A stretch of DNA of 64,000 bases, from contig CAWAUM010000001.1 in assembly GCA_963785235.1 (NCBI GenBank), positions 576,001 to 640,000 of the forward strand, written 5' to 3'. The position numbers and the translations under genes were made by a program. Below, piece by piece: positions 32,949 through 45,080 of this stretch. Source of the DNA: an uncultured delta proteobacterium. Its GTDB lineage: Bacteria > Desulfobacterota > Desulfomonilia > UBA1062. A model generated the notes under the pieces. The model saw nothing but the letters and a program-made list of their open reading frames with translations. It did no database searches and was not told the DNA's origin. How positions within the stretch are numbered: position 1 is the stretch's first letter; each line of letters opens with the position of its first letter.

Positions 32949-35900
32949 ATGATTGAAAAGATCATCGACTGGAGCGCGAGGAACAAGTTTCTCGTTATCC
33001 TCATCACCGCGCTGACTATCCTCTGGGGCGTCTGGGCTTTGGAGCGGACACCCCTCGATGCCCTGCCGGACCTCTCCGACACCCAGGTGATCATCTATAC
33101 CGAGTGGCCCGGCCGCAGCCCGGACCTGGTGGAGGATCAGATCACCTACCCCATATCCGCCACACTCCTTGCTGCGCCCAAGGTCCAGGCAGTCCGCGGA
33201 TTCTCCTTCCTCGGTTCTTCGTTCATCTATGTGATCTTCGAAGAGGGAACGGACATCTACTGGGCGCGGAGCCGTATCCTCGAGAACATCCAGGCGGTGA
33301 GAAACAAGATCCCCTCCGATGTCAACCCGGTGCTGGGCCCTGATGCCACGAGCCTGGGCTGGGGATTTTCCTATGCCCTCATCGATGAGAACGGGCAGCA
33401 CAACCTGGCGGAATTGCGCACCATGCAGGATTACAACCTCAAGCTCGCCCTGGAGAGCGTCCCGGGGGTTTCCCAGGTGGCATCAGTGGGCGGCTTCGTG
33501 AAGCAGTACCAGGTAAATGTGGACCCGTTACGGCTCAAGTCATACAACATATCGCTGGACAGCGTGATGGGCGCAATCAAGGGGAGCAACCTCGACGTGG
33601 AGGGAAGGCTGCTGGAGCTCTCCGGCGCCGAATACATGATCCGGGGCAGGGGGTACATCAAAGGCATCGCCGACCTGGAGAACGTGCCCGTGGCCGTTGG
33701 AGTGGGCGGCACCCCGGTCCTGCTCAGAGACATCGCATCGGTTCAGCTCGGGCCTGAGATAAGGCGCGGCGTAGCGGACCTGAACGGCAAGGGCGAGGTG
33801 GCAGGCGGGATCGTGATAGTGCGCTTCGGCGAGAACGTGCTCAATGTCATCGACAGGGTCAAGCTCAAGATCGCCAAAGACATCGCCCCATCATTGCCCG
33901 AAGGGGTGAAGATCGTAACCACCTATGACCGCTCCGACCTGATCCACCGGAGCATCGAAACGCTCACAGGCGAGATCATCAAGCTGGCCATTGCCGTGAG
34001 CGTGGTATGCCTGGTCTTCCTCTACCATCTCCCCAGCGCCTTAGTGGTGATACTCACCCTGCCGGTTGCCATCATCATGTCCTTCATCTGCATGTTCTAC
34101 TTGGGGCTCACCTCGAACGTCATGAGCCTAAGCGGCATAGCCATAGCCATCGGCGCCATGGTGGATGCGTCCATCATCATGGTGGAAAATGCCCACAAGC
34201 GTCTCGAGGAGTGGGAGGAGTCGGATAAGAGGGAGTCGCGTGTCGACGTCATCATCCATGCCGCCAAGGAGGTGGGGCCGTCGCTCTTTTTCTCGCTGCT
34301 CGTGATCACGGTCGGGTTCCTGCCTGTGTTTACCCTTCAGGAACAGGCGGGCAGGCTCTTCAAGCCGCTGGCCTTCACCAAGACCTTTGCCATGCTCTTC
34401 TCATCGCTCTTGGCCGTCACGCTCACGCCCATGCTCATGACCTTTTTCATCCGGGGGAAGATCAGGCCCGAGGATCGTAACCCCGTCAGCAGGGTCTTGC
34501 GGTGGGTCTATGAACCTGTTGCCAGGCTGGCCCTGAAGTTCCCCAAGGCCGTCATCGTTATCGCGCTCATCATCATGGCAGCAACCGTATATCCCTTTAT
34601 GAAGCTCGGCAGGGAGTTCATGCCGCCTTTAAATGAGGGAACGCTCTTCTACATGCCGGTCACCGCACCTGGCCTTTCCATCAGTGAGGCAAAGAGGCTC
34701 CTCATCATACAGGACGCACTCATCAAGAAAGTCCCCGAGGTCGAGTCCGTGTTCGGCAAGGCAGGAAGGGCGGAGACCCCCACCGACCCTGCGCCGCCCG
34801 AGATGTTCGAGACCATCATCAACCTCAAGCCCGAGAGTCAGTGGCGGCCGGGTGTCACCATGCAGGACATCAAGAACGAGCTGGGTGATGTCCTGACGAT
34901 CCCAGGCGTGTCCAACTCTTTCACCATGCCCATCAAGGCGCGTATAGACATGCTTGCCACGGGCATCCGCACGCCCGTGGGCATCAAGATACTCGGGAGC
35001 GATCTGAATGAAATCGAGCGAATCGGGAATGGACCTGGAGGCAGCGCTGAAGGATGTGCCCGGGACACGTAGCGTCTATGCCGAGCGGGTGACTACCGGG
35101 TACTTTATCGACTTTGTCGTGAGGAGGGAGGCTGCCGCACGGTACGGCCTGGGCGTGGAGCAGGTGCAGAACGTTGTCCAGTCCGCCATCGGCGGTATGA
35201 ACCTCACTACCACGGTGGAAGGCAGGCAGCGCTATCCGGTGAACCTGCGCTATGGACGTGAGCTGAGGAATGACGTCGGGAAACTCAAGGAGGTGCTCGT
35301 GCCGGTCATGCCCGGCCAGGCCTCGGGCAGCTCCGGCATGGCAGCCCGCAACACAGGGCACGCTCGGAAAGCTCGCCTGGATTCCGCTTTCAGAGCTGGC
35401 GGATGTGAAGATCATCCGCGGACCCACGGTGATCAAGAGTGAAAAGGGGCTTCTGAACGCCTATGTGTACATCGATTTCTCGGGCAGGGATGTGGGCGGC
35501 TACGTGGACGAGGCCAAGCAGAAGGCGGCTTCGGTCAAGGTCCCTGCCGGCTACCGGCTGGAATGGAGCGGAGAGTACGAGTACCTCCTGAAGACCCATG
35601 AGAGCCTGAAGGTGGTCATCCCTCTGACGCTCTTCATCATCTTCGTGCTCATCTACCTGAACACGAACTCGGTGGTCAAGACCGCCATCGTTCTGCTCGC
35701 AGTACCCTTCTCTCTCGTGGGGTCCTTCTGGCTGCTCTACCTGCTGGGCTACAACCTGAGCATCGCCGTGTGGGTCGGCATCATCGCGCTCGCCGGTCTT
35801 GATGCGGAGACAGGGGTTATCATGCTGCTCTACCTGGAACTGGCCCATGAACGGTGGAAGAAGGAAGGCAGGTTGACAAGCATGGGAGAGCTCAAGGAAT

Positions 35901-36130
35901 CCATCATGGACGGTGCGGTCAAGCGCATCCGGCCCAAGATCATGACCGTGAGCGTCATCCTTGCGGGGTTGGTGCCCATCATGTTCAGCACCGGCACCGG
36001 GGCCGATGTGATGAAGCGCATCGCCGCGCCCATGGTGGGCGGCGTCATAACCTCAACCATCCTGGAACTTATAATTTATCCAAGCATTTATTTTCTCTGG
36101 AAGGGCAAAGGAATCAGGGAAACTGAATAG
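32949..36130 (+). CDS. cusA: CusA/CzcA heavy-metal RND transporter (frameshifts near 35025 and 35350)
   Basis: [47 protein letters not shown]. Confidence 0.92.
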
Positions 36131-36270
36131 AGCCCTCACCCATCATGAGGAAAAGGCAAACAGAGGTGCAGTCTGGCATGAGACCTTGCCTTTAAAAAGC
36201 TTTACAAACTATGGTTCAGACGAATGCCGAAATATGAATAACCCACCCGGCTGGAGAGACAAACCTTTGT

Positions 36271-37140
36271 TCAGAAGGTTCTGATGACCGAAACACCCAA
36301 ACTATTGGTGCCTATTACAGGTTTTACAACAAGTCTTCCACCATCGGAAGTAGTTATTCCCCTGTTTACTATGTCAAATTCTCTTGAAGTTGAAAGCGAA
36401 GCAATCCCCGACAGGGCAATGGTTCCAAATATGTCTGTTAGGTAGTGTTCCCCAGCTTCAACCCGTGCCCATCCAATGAGGGCTGTTGCAATTGTTGCAG
36501 GGATTCCCATTCTCCAGCCGTAGTATTCCCAGCCCTTGAACATCAATACTGATATTCCTACCATGTGTCCACTTGGGAAAGAAGAAACCCCTCTGAAAAC
36601 GTCATTGATGCCCCCGCTTCGTTCATCCTCAAGTCCCCTTTCTATATTAGGTCTTTGGTGAAATGGTATTTGAGAGATGGCGCCGACTTCAAGAAGTACA
36701 AGCATGTGTGTTGCCGTAACATCCATGGAAAACTGAGTCAGTTTTTCATTATTTGTTGCACGACCCCAAAAGTAGCCACCAACTTGGATAATTGGGATAT
36801 TAATAATCCAACCATTAATATCGCCGGCCTTTTGACCATATTTACCCAGAACATCGGCTCTTTGAATTACCTCTTGCTGGTGCATTTCGTCCACGGAAAG
36901 CAGATAGGTCATTCCTCCTGTGGCCCCCAGGAGGAGTACAGAATCCCAATTTGTAAATTGGTTCAAAAATCCTTTTCCAGAAAGCTTCAGAACATCTATA
37001 GCATCTTGTCCTACGGCATGTTCTCTTGAAATGAATTGCCTGGAAGAATTTTCACTTTCTGTATTGTTTTGGCTGTACGCAGATATAGGTAAAAAAAGTT
37101 GGATTAGTAAAAACGCTATAAAAAAATAAGTATCCTTCAA
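36271..37140 (-). CDS. PAP2 family phosphatase-like protein
   Basis: QRP...SSFPSGH...ARVEAGEHYLTD; lower GC than neighbours. Confidence 0.8.
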   Translation of the reverse strand: MKDTYFFIAFLLIQLFLPISAYSQNNTESENSSRQFISREHAVGQDAIDVLKLSGKGFLNQFTNWDSVLLLGATGGMTYLLSVDEMHQQEVIQRADVLGKYGQKAGDINGWIINIPIIQVGGYFWGRATNNEKLTQFSMDVTATHMLVLLEVGAISQIPFHQRPNIERGLEDERSGGINDVFRGVSSFPSGHMVGISVLMFKGWEYYGWRMGIPATIATALIGWARVEAGEHYLTDIFGTIALSGIASLSTSREFDIVNRGITTSDGGRLVVKPVIGTNSLGVSVIRTF

Positions 37141-37182
37141 AGTTGAGTGTTCCTGCTCGGCTGTACCCGGATAAGCGACCTC

Positions 37183-38949
37183 TCAGCGCTGCACCCACTC
37201 GACTGCGCCGAATTTGGCTTCGCCAAGCCACGTATAAACGAGGCCGACAGTTCCCGCCCTCTGGTGCGTTTCAGCCCGGTTCTCAAACTGCGCATCACGG
37301 ACTGACCCGATGTATTGTATCCCGAGGGCGTGATGGTTGTAAATGCGAACGGTGAATCCCATGTTCAGGCGCTGGATGGTTTCATTTCCTCCCGGGTCAT
37401 CACTACCCATGCCGGACACGTAGTATAAGCGTCCTGTCAGGTCGAGCATGGCCCTGTTGCCAAAGATGAGGCGGAGCGCGAGCAGACCCTGTGGTGCAAT
37501 GCCGAAGTGGTAGTCGCGCAGGTCCTCGGTTGCGGTGTCAACACCGGCTTCAGGCTCGGGCTGGGTGTCATTGCCGGCCGCAGCGTAACCGACACCCCCG
37601 AGAACCGAACCCTGGAGTGCTACCATTCGCGAAAGCCACCATTGATAGGTAGTGCCGAGAGCGGCCGACGTGCTTGAGACGCGGAAGATGTGCGGCGATA
37701 TATAGTCATAACCGCCATAGAGGCCCCATATCCCGCGATAGGAATTGCCGATCTCGTAGTCCTTTCCCAGCAGCAGGCCTCTGATCATGATATTTTCAAT
37801 AGGGTTATCTGAGTTGCCTATTGTGGTGGCTTCAAAATGGAAATAGTCGAAAGGACGCGTGTACCTATATCCGGGCTTCCCGGGCAGCCCGTAGGCCATC
37901 AGGAAGTCCCCGGTCGCCTCGGTCTTGTCAATGGTATCATCTTGGTCGCTCAGGTGCACATTCTTACTTACCCCCAGGCGCACCCGCCAGAAGGTGGCCG
38001 GATCATGGCTCGGAAACACTGGCTTGAACCGGTTGCCGAAGGCAAGGCGATTGATACCCGTGGCCGGTGAAATCACTGTTGCGCCAAACTCGCGCCAGAA
38101 CCCGGGTTTGCTGCCATCGCCCTCGAGCACCAGGCCGGACATCCGGAAGAGTGCCTCCCCGAAGAAGCTCCCGCCGAAGCCGCTGGCTATCTGGTCATTG
38201 TAGGAGGGACGCGTGTTCTCCCCGCCCGTTTCCCAGAGAAAGCTGCCCGCGTTGTCGTAGACGAGCGCTTCCCAGTAATTGAGGCCTGCAGACCTGGCGA
38301 AGCCATGGTACATGGATCCCTGATACGGGTGTGCGAACTGGTTTATGTTGAAGGCGTCCGAGTCGATCCCCCAACCTCCGTGAACGATGTGGTTCCGGAA
38401 GGTTTTCCAATTCGTGGAGTAGACTTTTTTTCCTCCCGTGTACTCGTCGGAGTAGGCGTACCGGTCATACCTGTTCAGGAGAAAGAGGAATGCCGGGATT
38501 TCGAGTGCCGGGATGAGGTAGCTCTTGCCATCCCCCGTCCCCCAGGGTTCGGCCTGTGTCGTCTCCTCGGGCTTTTCCTCCAACAGCTTTTTACTGCCCA
38601 TAGAGATATTTACAATCCGGTTCGGGGCCATAGGGGAAAGCCCCGTCACATCAGGTGCCGACATAGTGATATATCCGGGTTTTGAGGCTATGAGGGTATA
38701 ATTCCCCAGGGCTGGAATTGCCACTGAATAGTTACCCGACGCATCAGTAGTCCCTGATCCTGCCAGCGTACCGATATTTATATCCTTTACTGTGATGATT
38801 ACCCCGTCAATACCCTGGTTGTCAGAGAGATCCTTTACGGAGCCCGAGATACCGCCTCCCTGGGCAAAGGCCCAGCTGCCAACAGAGATCACTATTCCCA
38901 CAAGGGGCACTATAAGAATCGTCTTAATTGTTTTTGTTGCATGGTTCAT
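37183..38949 (-). CDS. Exported protein with carboxypeptidase-regulatory-like N-terminus and DUF3943 domain
   Basis: Signal peptide, ISGSVKD...TTDASGNY, INQFAHPYQGSMY...GSFLWE...PSYND. Confidence 0.75.
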   Translation of the reverse strand: MNHATKTIKTILIVPLVGIVISVGSWAFAQGGGISGSVKDLSDNQGIDGVIITVKDINIGTLAGSGTTDASGNYSVAIPALGNYTLIASKPGYITMSAPDVTGLSPMAPNRIVNISMGSKKLLEEKPEETTQAEPWGTGDGKSYLIPALEIPAFLFLLNRYDRYAYSDEYTGGKKVYSTNWKTFRNHIVHGGWGIDSDAFNINQFAHPYQGSMYHGFARSAGLNYWEALVYDNAGSFLWETGGENTRPSYNDQIASGFGGSFFGEALFRMSGLVLEGDGSKPGFWREFGATVISPATGINRLAFGNRFKPVFPSHDPATFWRVRLGVSKNVHLSDQDDTIDKTEATGDFLMAYGLPGKPGYRYTRPFDYFHFEATTIGNSDNPIENIMIRGLLLGKDYEIGNSYRGIWGLYGGYDYISPHIFRVSSTSAALGTTYQWWLSRMVALQGSVLGGVGYAAAGNDTQPEPEAGVDTATEDLRDYHFGIAPQGLLALRLIFGNRAMLDLTGRLYYVSGMGSDDPGGNETIQRLNMGFTVRIYNHHALGIQYIGSVRDAQFENRAETHQRAGTVGLVYTWLGEAKFGAVEWVQR

Positions 38950-40824
38950 AGCTGCTCCTTTTCCTCTCCATTGAACGGGATCTCGAGTTCATAGACACCG
39001 GATTCAAGGTGGGTCTTCATGGGGTGTCCTGTCTTGGAGAACACCTTCATCATGGGGGTGTTCCGGGCCAGGACATCTGCCGTGAATCCTTTGATATTCT
39101 TCTCTTTGGCTATGCGGACCAGGTACTGGAGGAGAAACGTGCCGATGCCCCGGTTCTGCCAATCCTGGTGGGTGGTGAAGGCGACCTCGGCAAAGTTGGA
39201 ATGAGGGTCGCGGATGTATTGCCCTACCGCAACGATCTGCTCCCTGCTCTCGGGTTCTTCTTTGCCCGTGATCGCGACAATGGACATCTTGTCATTGTAG
39301 TCAATGGCGGCCATGGGCATGGCAACCTTGTGGGAAAAGGACTTGAGGCTATGGAAGAACCGGGTATAAATGTCCTGCTCAGGCAGGGCATACATCTGAT
39401 CCTGAATTGCCCGTTCATCCGTGGCCTTTACCGGTCGGAAGAAGATCTGGGTTTCTTTCTTGTCGGTCCAGTAGGTCTCATATTCCTTCGGATAGAGCAC
39501 TACAGGCAGGGTCTGATCCTTATAAATATAGCCTTGGTTCTTGGCTGCCTCCAGCAACCCCTCGCGGAAGTCTGGATGGGCTATATTGATCAGTACCATG
39601 GCCCGATCCCGTATGGATCTTCCCGTGCACATAGGCAATTCCATATTCCGTGACCACATAATGGATGTCACCCCGGGTGACGACAACACCACTGCCGGCA
39701 GAGAGATAGGGGACGATCCTGGATATTTTTCCATCATCCGTGGTGGATGGCAGCACCATGATGGATTTGCCCCGTTTGGACATGGCAGAACCCCGGACAA
39801 AATCCACCTGCCCGCCGATGCCGCTATAAAAATCAAAACCTAGAGAATCGGAGCATACCTGTCCGGTAAGATCCACGGTGAGCGCGGAATTGATGGAGAC
39901 CATCCTGTCATTCTGGGCGATTACATAGGGATCGTTGACATACTTGCACGGCCGGAATTCAAAGAGCGGGTTGTTGTGTACGTAGTCATACAGTCGCTTT
40001 GTTCCCATGCAGAAGGATGCGACGATTTTTCCGGGATTCAGCGATTTTTTCTTGCAGGTGATGACACCCGCCTCTATGAGATCGATGAGGCCTTCGGTGA
40101 AGGTTTCGGTGTGAATACCCAGGTCTTTTTTGTTCATGAGGTAGGGAAAGACCGAATTGGGTATCTTTCCCACACCTGTCTGGATAGTGGATTCGTTTTC
40201 GATGAGATCGGCGATAAGTTCACCGATGGCCTTGGCAATATCGCCTGGTGCTTTCTGTACGAACTCCAAAAGTGGGACATCGTTCTCCACAAAGGCATCG
40301 ATCTCGCTCACATGGAGGAAGCTGTCGCCCAGTGTGCGGGGCATGTTCGGGTTCACCTCTGCCACGACATACTGGGCAACCTTGGCTGCCGTCTTGGTTA
40401 TATCTACCGAGATCCCCAGGCTTACATACCCGTTATTGTCGGGAGGGGACACGGTGATGAGGGCAACATCGATGTGCATGCTGCCGCTTTCCATGAGCAG
40501 CGGGATCTCCGAGAGGAAGATGGGAGTATAGTCCGCCCTGCCTTCCTTGATGGCGGCACGTGTGTTTGCGCCGATGAACAGTGCGTTGTGGCGGAAGTGC
40601 TCAGTATATTTCTCATCAGTATATGAGGCTAGGCCGAGATCCAGAAAATGGATGATCTCGGTGTCTGCAAGGTTCTGAGCCACATCGATGAGTGTCTTTA
40701 CCAGGAGTTGGGGCTCGCCGCACGCAGAGCCGATGAATATCCGCGCCCCCCTCCTGATCCGGGAGAGTGCGGTTGTCGCATCGGTGAGCCTTTCTTTATA
40801 GGTGTCGTTCCAGTTGAGTATCAT
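38946..40824 (-). CDS. Acetyl-CoA hydrolase/transferase fused to a GNAT domain (frameshift near 39620)
   Basis: GSACGEP, YSGIGGQVDF, YVVTEYG, IAHPDFR, then AEVAF..HQDWQNRGIGT GNAT. Confidence 0.88.
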
Positions 40825-40833
40825 AGTAAACTC

Positions 40834-41793
40834 CTATTGATGCCCGTCTGCGTTTTTGGGCTGAACCTTTGTGGGACCGGATTGTTCGTGTTCAATTCCC
40901 CCAACTTCCCGTTGCTTCTGCCGATGCTGAACATAGGCATCGCGTATGGCCTCGTAGGGATCAATGGCCGCCCCTTTGAGGGTCTCATAATCACCGATGC
41001 TCAGCGAGGTATAGTTCACCGCCTCATATACACTGACCCCCAGACTGGTGTACCAGGGACGGATATAGGAAACGGGGTGCAAATAATAATCACCGGCGAG
41101 ATCTACCGAATCCCGGGCACTTGAGGGCCCCACGAGGGGCCAGACAATGTAGAAACCATGCCCGACGCCATAAACTCCGAGCGTTTGTCCCAGATCCACG
41201 TCATTTTTCTCTAAATTCAGTTTCTTGTCGGATGCAAGGTCAAAGAGGCCCCCGATACCCCAGATGGTGTTGATAGTGAAGCGGCCAAGCTCCTTTGCGG
41301 AGGATGTTATTTCCGCCTGGAGCAGGCAGCTGACAAAGCGGATCGGAAACCCGAGATTGTAAAAGAAATTTTTAACGCTTACCCGTGCGAACTCAGGCAC
41401 GATCATACCATAGCCTTGGGATACCGGTTTGAGTGCCCAGAAGTAGAACTTGTCGTTGAACTGGTACATGGCCCGGTTGAACGGTTCCATAGGGTCTGAG
41501 ATGGTTACTGTCGGCTCTTCTTCGCCCGTGTAATCACCGAGATTCTCATATGTGGCCCCTGTCTGATCCTGCATGGAAACGGGTTTGTCTTTCGCCTCGA
41601 CACCCACGGTTTGTGGTTGTACGGGTATCTCCGGGGGGGTCACAGGGCTTTGTTCCGACTGGGAGTCGTTCGAGGCCTGCAGGGGGGCGGCGGTTGAAAG
41701 GGAAGGGCCCGTGGAGGGCGCCTGGTCAGGATTGTGGGCACAGCCTGCGGCAAAAAGGGCGAACAGGGCTATCAGATATGCATACTGTTTCAT
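40834..41793 (-). CDS. mlaA: MlaA/VacJ family lipoprotein
   Basis: Lipobox AAGC, DPMEPFNRAM, RFTINTIWGIGG, DLGQTLG, GPSSARD. Confidence 0.9.
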   Translation of the reverse strand: MKQYAYLIALFALFAAGCAHNPDQAPSTGPSLSTAAPLQASNDSQSEQSPVTPPEIPVQPQTVGVEAKDKPVSMQDQTGATYENLGDYTGEEEPTVTISDPMEPFNRAMYQFNDKFYFWALKPVSQGYGMIVPEFARVSVKNFFYNLGFPIRFVSCLLQAEITSSAKELGRFTINTIWGIGGLFDLASDKKLNLEKNDVDLGQTLGVYGVGHGFYIVWPLVGPSSARDSVDLAGDYYLHPVSYIRPWYTSLGVSVYEAVNYTSLSIGDYETLKGAAIDPYEAIRDAYVQHRQKQREVGGIEHEQSGPTKVQPKNADGHQ

Positions 41794-41802
41794 GTTGTGG
41801 TC

Positions 41803-42396
41803 CTAGTGCTCTTTCACCTTTTTTCGCAGGATTTCCAGCAGCTGCTCGGGTGTATTCTTCTCCAGGATATTGTTGAACTGGGTTCGATAGTTCTGGACCA
41901 GGCTGACATTTTCAACAATGACGTCGTATACTTTCCAAGTCCCGCTGCTTAAGATAACCCGATAGAAAATAGGGATTTTATTTGACGAGGTGATAACGTG
42001 CGTCTGTACCTCGACCTGATTTTCCGTGAGCTTGATTTCCTTCTCATAAGTAATTTTCTCGTTGGTGTAGGAAAGGATTTTATCCACATAAGCCTTTTCC
42101 AGCACCTCCTGAAAGAGCTGGACGAATTCTTGGCGCTGGGCGGTATTCAGCTTGTTCCAGTTTCGCGCCAGGGTGCGCTTGGAGAGTTCGACTTCGTCGA
42201 ACATGCTTCCATAGATAGACCGGAGTTTTTCTTTCTTGGTCACTTTGGCCGAATCGGCCTTGAGTGCCGGATCGCGCAGCACATCAAGCACTTTGTTGAC
42301 ATTAGCCTGGACCGTAGAGAGTGGTGCGTCGGCATATGCGGGAAGCAAAGAAAAAAAGATCATGAAGATTGCTAACCCACCAATTTTTAATTTCAT
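41803..42396 (-). CDS. mlaC: MlaC/Ttg2D substrate-binding protein
   Basis: WKVYDVIVENVSLVQNYRTQF. Confidence 0.9.
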   Translation of the reverse strand: MKLKIGGLAIFMIFFSLLPAYADAPLSTVQANVNKVLDVLRDPALKADSAKVTKKEKLRSIYGSMFDEVELSKRTLARNWNKLNTAQRQEFVQLFQEVLEKAYVDKILSYTNEKITYEKEIKLTENQVEVQTHVITSSNKIPIFYRVILSSGTWKVYDVIVENVSLVQNYRTQFNNILEKNTPEQLLEILRKKVKEH

Positions 42397-42423
42397 AAGA
42401 GAATCCTCCTTACGTTTCTTTCA

Positions 42424-42880
42424 CTATGGCTTCTTGACTTCACCGAAGACATATTTGCTGATGAGTTCTGCGATATCCAGGGGCGGTTGCGTTTCGGTAA
42501 TGATACCTCCTGGTTTAAGGAGTGCACTTCCGCCTCCAGGGTCTATGCTGACATCCATATCGCCGATCAGTCCTTCCGTTTTAATGGAAGCGATGGCATT
42601 ATCATATATATTGATACCCTCATGAATCCTCAGCTCCACCACGCCCTTCTGGTTTTTCTGATCGATGGTAAGTCGCTCCACCCGTCCGACCTCAATGCCC
42701 GATATATACACGAGGCTCCCGACTCTCAGCCCTGTAACCGTGGTGAAACGGGCGAATAGGGAGTAGGAATTGTCGCCCATAAAAGGAAATGTGACCGAGC
42801 GTAACTGTCATATACCCTACGCAGAGCAGCCCGATAACGAGAAAAATGCCTACTGCAGTTTCAATCGAGTACTTTTTCAT
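42424..42880 (-). CDS. mlaD: MlaD (MCE) protein (frameshift near 42780)
   Basis: ETAVGIFL, GLRVGS.V.ISGIEVGRV, IKTEGLIGD. Confidence 0.88.
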
Positions 42881-42884
42881 GACG

Positions 42885-44139
42885 TTACTCCTTTGTGGAA
42901 CACAGAAGCCGGCCTATTTCCTTTTGCCCTGATTTTGCAGATTTGAAGACGGCTTCTATGTCGGTATTTGGTTGTCCTTGGGCCAACCCGGCGTGGATCG
43001 CTATCTCGATACATTCCCCTGAAACTCCTCGCCTGCGGCCCCTGATGCGAATGTCACGAATTCCCTGCTCCTGGAAATCCTTGATGAAAACCTTCAGGAT
43101 TTCTTCAGCCTCAGCCAGATCCGAATAGGGCAGGACCGTCACAAACTCATTGGCACCACGGCGCGTGGAAAATCCCCCGATGGCCCCGAAATGTTTATCA
43201 ATGTATACCCCCATGGCATGTAACACCTGCTGCGCCTCCTCGTAGCCCAGGCCTTCTACAATTTCATCGAGCATATACAGGGTAAAAATCGCCACGGTAT
43301 AGGTATTCCCGATAGTTTTTTGTTTCAGCTGAGCATGATACAAGACATTGAACTGCCTCCTGGAGTGCAGGCCCGATCAATTCATCCCGCAATCCTTCCA
43401 GGCTTTGGATGACCTCGTCTTTAAAAGGGTGATCGAATTTATCAAGCTCTTCCGGAGTGCCCTGAAAAACGATTTTTCTATCATAGAGGGCAAGAATACG
43501 GTTTGAGATGAAATACACATCGGGAATCTCGTGACTGACCAGGACCGCAGTAAAACCGAATCTCTTCTGGTACTGGGCGATCATGCTCAGGATTGCATTT
43601 TTTCGGACAGGGTCCTGCCCGGAAGTGGGTTCGTCAAAAAGCACGATCTGTGGATCTATGACCAGGGAGCGTGCCAGGGCCACACGCTTCTGCATACCGC
43701 CGGAGAGTTCGGAGGGAAACTTGTCGGCCGCATCCGACAACTCTGTCTGTTCGATTCTGGCCATCACCAGAGAGTCTATTTCAGCCTTGCCCTTTCTCGT
43801 TGTTTCGCGTAGCGGCAGCGCAATATTTTCATAAACGGTCATGGAGTCGAACAGGGCATTGTCTTGAAACATGTAGCTCATCCGGGCAAAGGAGGCGATC
43901 TTCTCGTGTTTTTTCATTTCAGCAAAGGGTTTGCCCCGGAAAAGGATGGTCCCTTCATCGGGGGTGAGCAGCCCGATGATATGCTTGAGCAGGACACTCT
44001 TGCCGCCGCCGCTCAGGCCGATGATGGTCGTGACCTGCCCCTCGAAGATCTGGAGGTTTACCCCCTCGAGGACTGTTTTGGATCCGAATCTCTTTGTGAC
44101 ATCCTTGAATTCGATCAGCGGCGTATCCATGGGGCTCAC
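42885..44139 (-). CDS. mlaF: MlaF-like ABC ATPase with C-terminal degenerate GGDEF-like domain (frameshift near 43375)
   Basis: GLSGGGKS, LSGGMQKR, FDEPT; then RDELIG... and in the next frame LGYEEAQQVL...STRRGANEFVTVLP...AGLAQG. Confidence 0.75.
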
Positions 44140-44983
44140 ATCAGAAGGGATGTCACGACATAGTCCGACACCAGAATGAGGACACAGGAGATCACGACGG
44201 CCGAGGTGGTGGCAAGCCCGACGGCCTTGGCCCCATGGCTATCCGTGCGCATATGCGCGAAATATCCCTGGTAACAGCAGACAGTGGAGACGATGAGAGC
44301 AAAAACGATTGCCTTGATGAAACCGTCGGTGATATCTTTCATGTCCAGACTGGTTTGAACACGATAAAAATAGGTTCCGGCATTCGCACCCAGAAGCAGT
44401 ACCCCGGAGATATACCCGCCGATTATGCCGATGAGATCAAACAGTGCGGTGAGCAGGGGAAAGCTGATGACTGCAGCGACAATCCTTGGACTGATGAGAT
44501 ACCCAATCGGGTTGATGCGCATGGTGTAAAGCGCGTCAATCTGCTCGGAGATACGCTGGATGCCTATCTCTGCACTGATGGCGGACCCTGCCCTGGCTGC
44601 AATCATGATGGCTGCGAGAACAGGCCCCAATTCCCTGACCAGGGTCAGGGATACAAGGACGCCGAGCGCTCCTTGAGCGCCGACTGAATTCAATGCATAA
44701 TACGTTTGGAGGCCTAGGACCATACCCGTAAACAGGCCGACGAGCATGATGATCAACATGGACCGTGCCCCGATGTAATAAATATGCTGGACAATCTTGG
44801 ATAGCTGCTTGTGCCTTATGATCTTCAGCAATGCCAGAATAAGGAAAATGCCCGCAGCACCTAAATTATCGATCCCATTGATCACCACCCTCCCGATAGC
44901 AGCAAATGGTCGCGACAAGATCGAAAAAAGGCGCCTTTCGGCTTCATTCTCAGGGGGGTCAGACTGTTTGAATCAAGAGCCAT
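44136..44983 (-). CDS. mlaE: MlaE ABC permease
   Basis: FTGMVLGLQ, RELGPVL, AEIG...EQIDAL; ORF track starts at 44918, probable true ATG at 44983 across a homopolymer indel. Confidence 0.9.
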
Positions 44984-45080
44984 GGTTAATATCCCATAAG
45001 ATCATAAAAAATCAGATAGATATGCCGAATACGGGAAAGTACCTTTCTTTGTGTAATGATAGGGAACATACAAATGTATG

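Noticed and set aside
36174-36190. TGGCATGAGACCTTGC as a sigma54 promoter
   Set aside because: GG-to-GC spacing is 11 rather than 10 nt, and it points into a convergent gene end.
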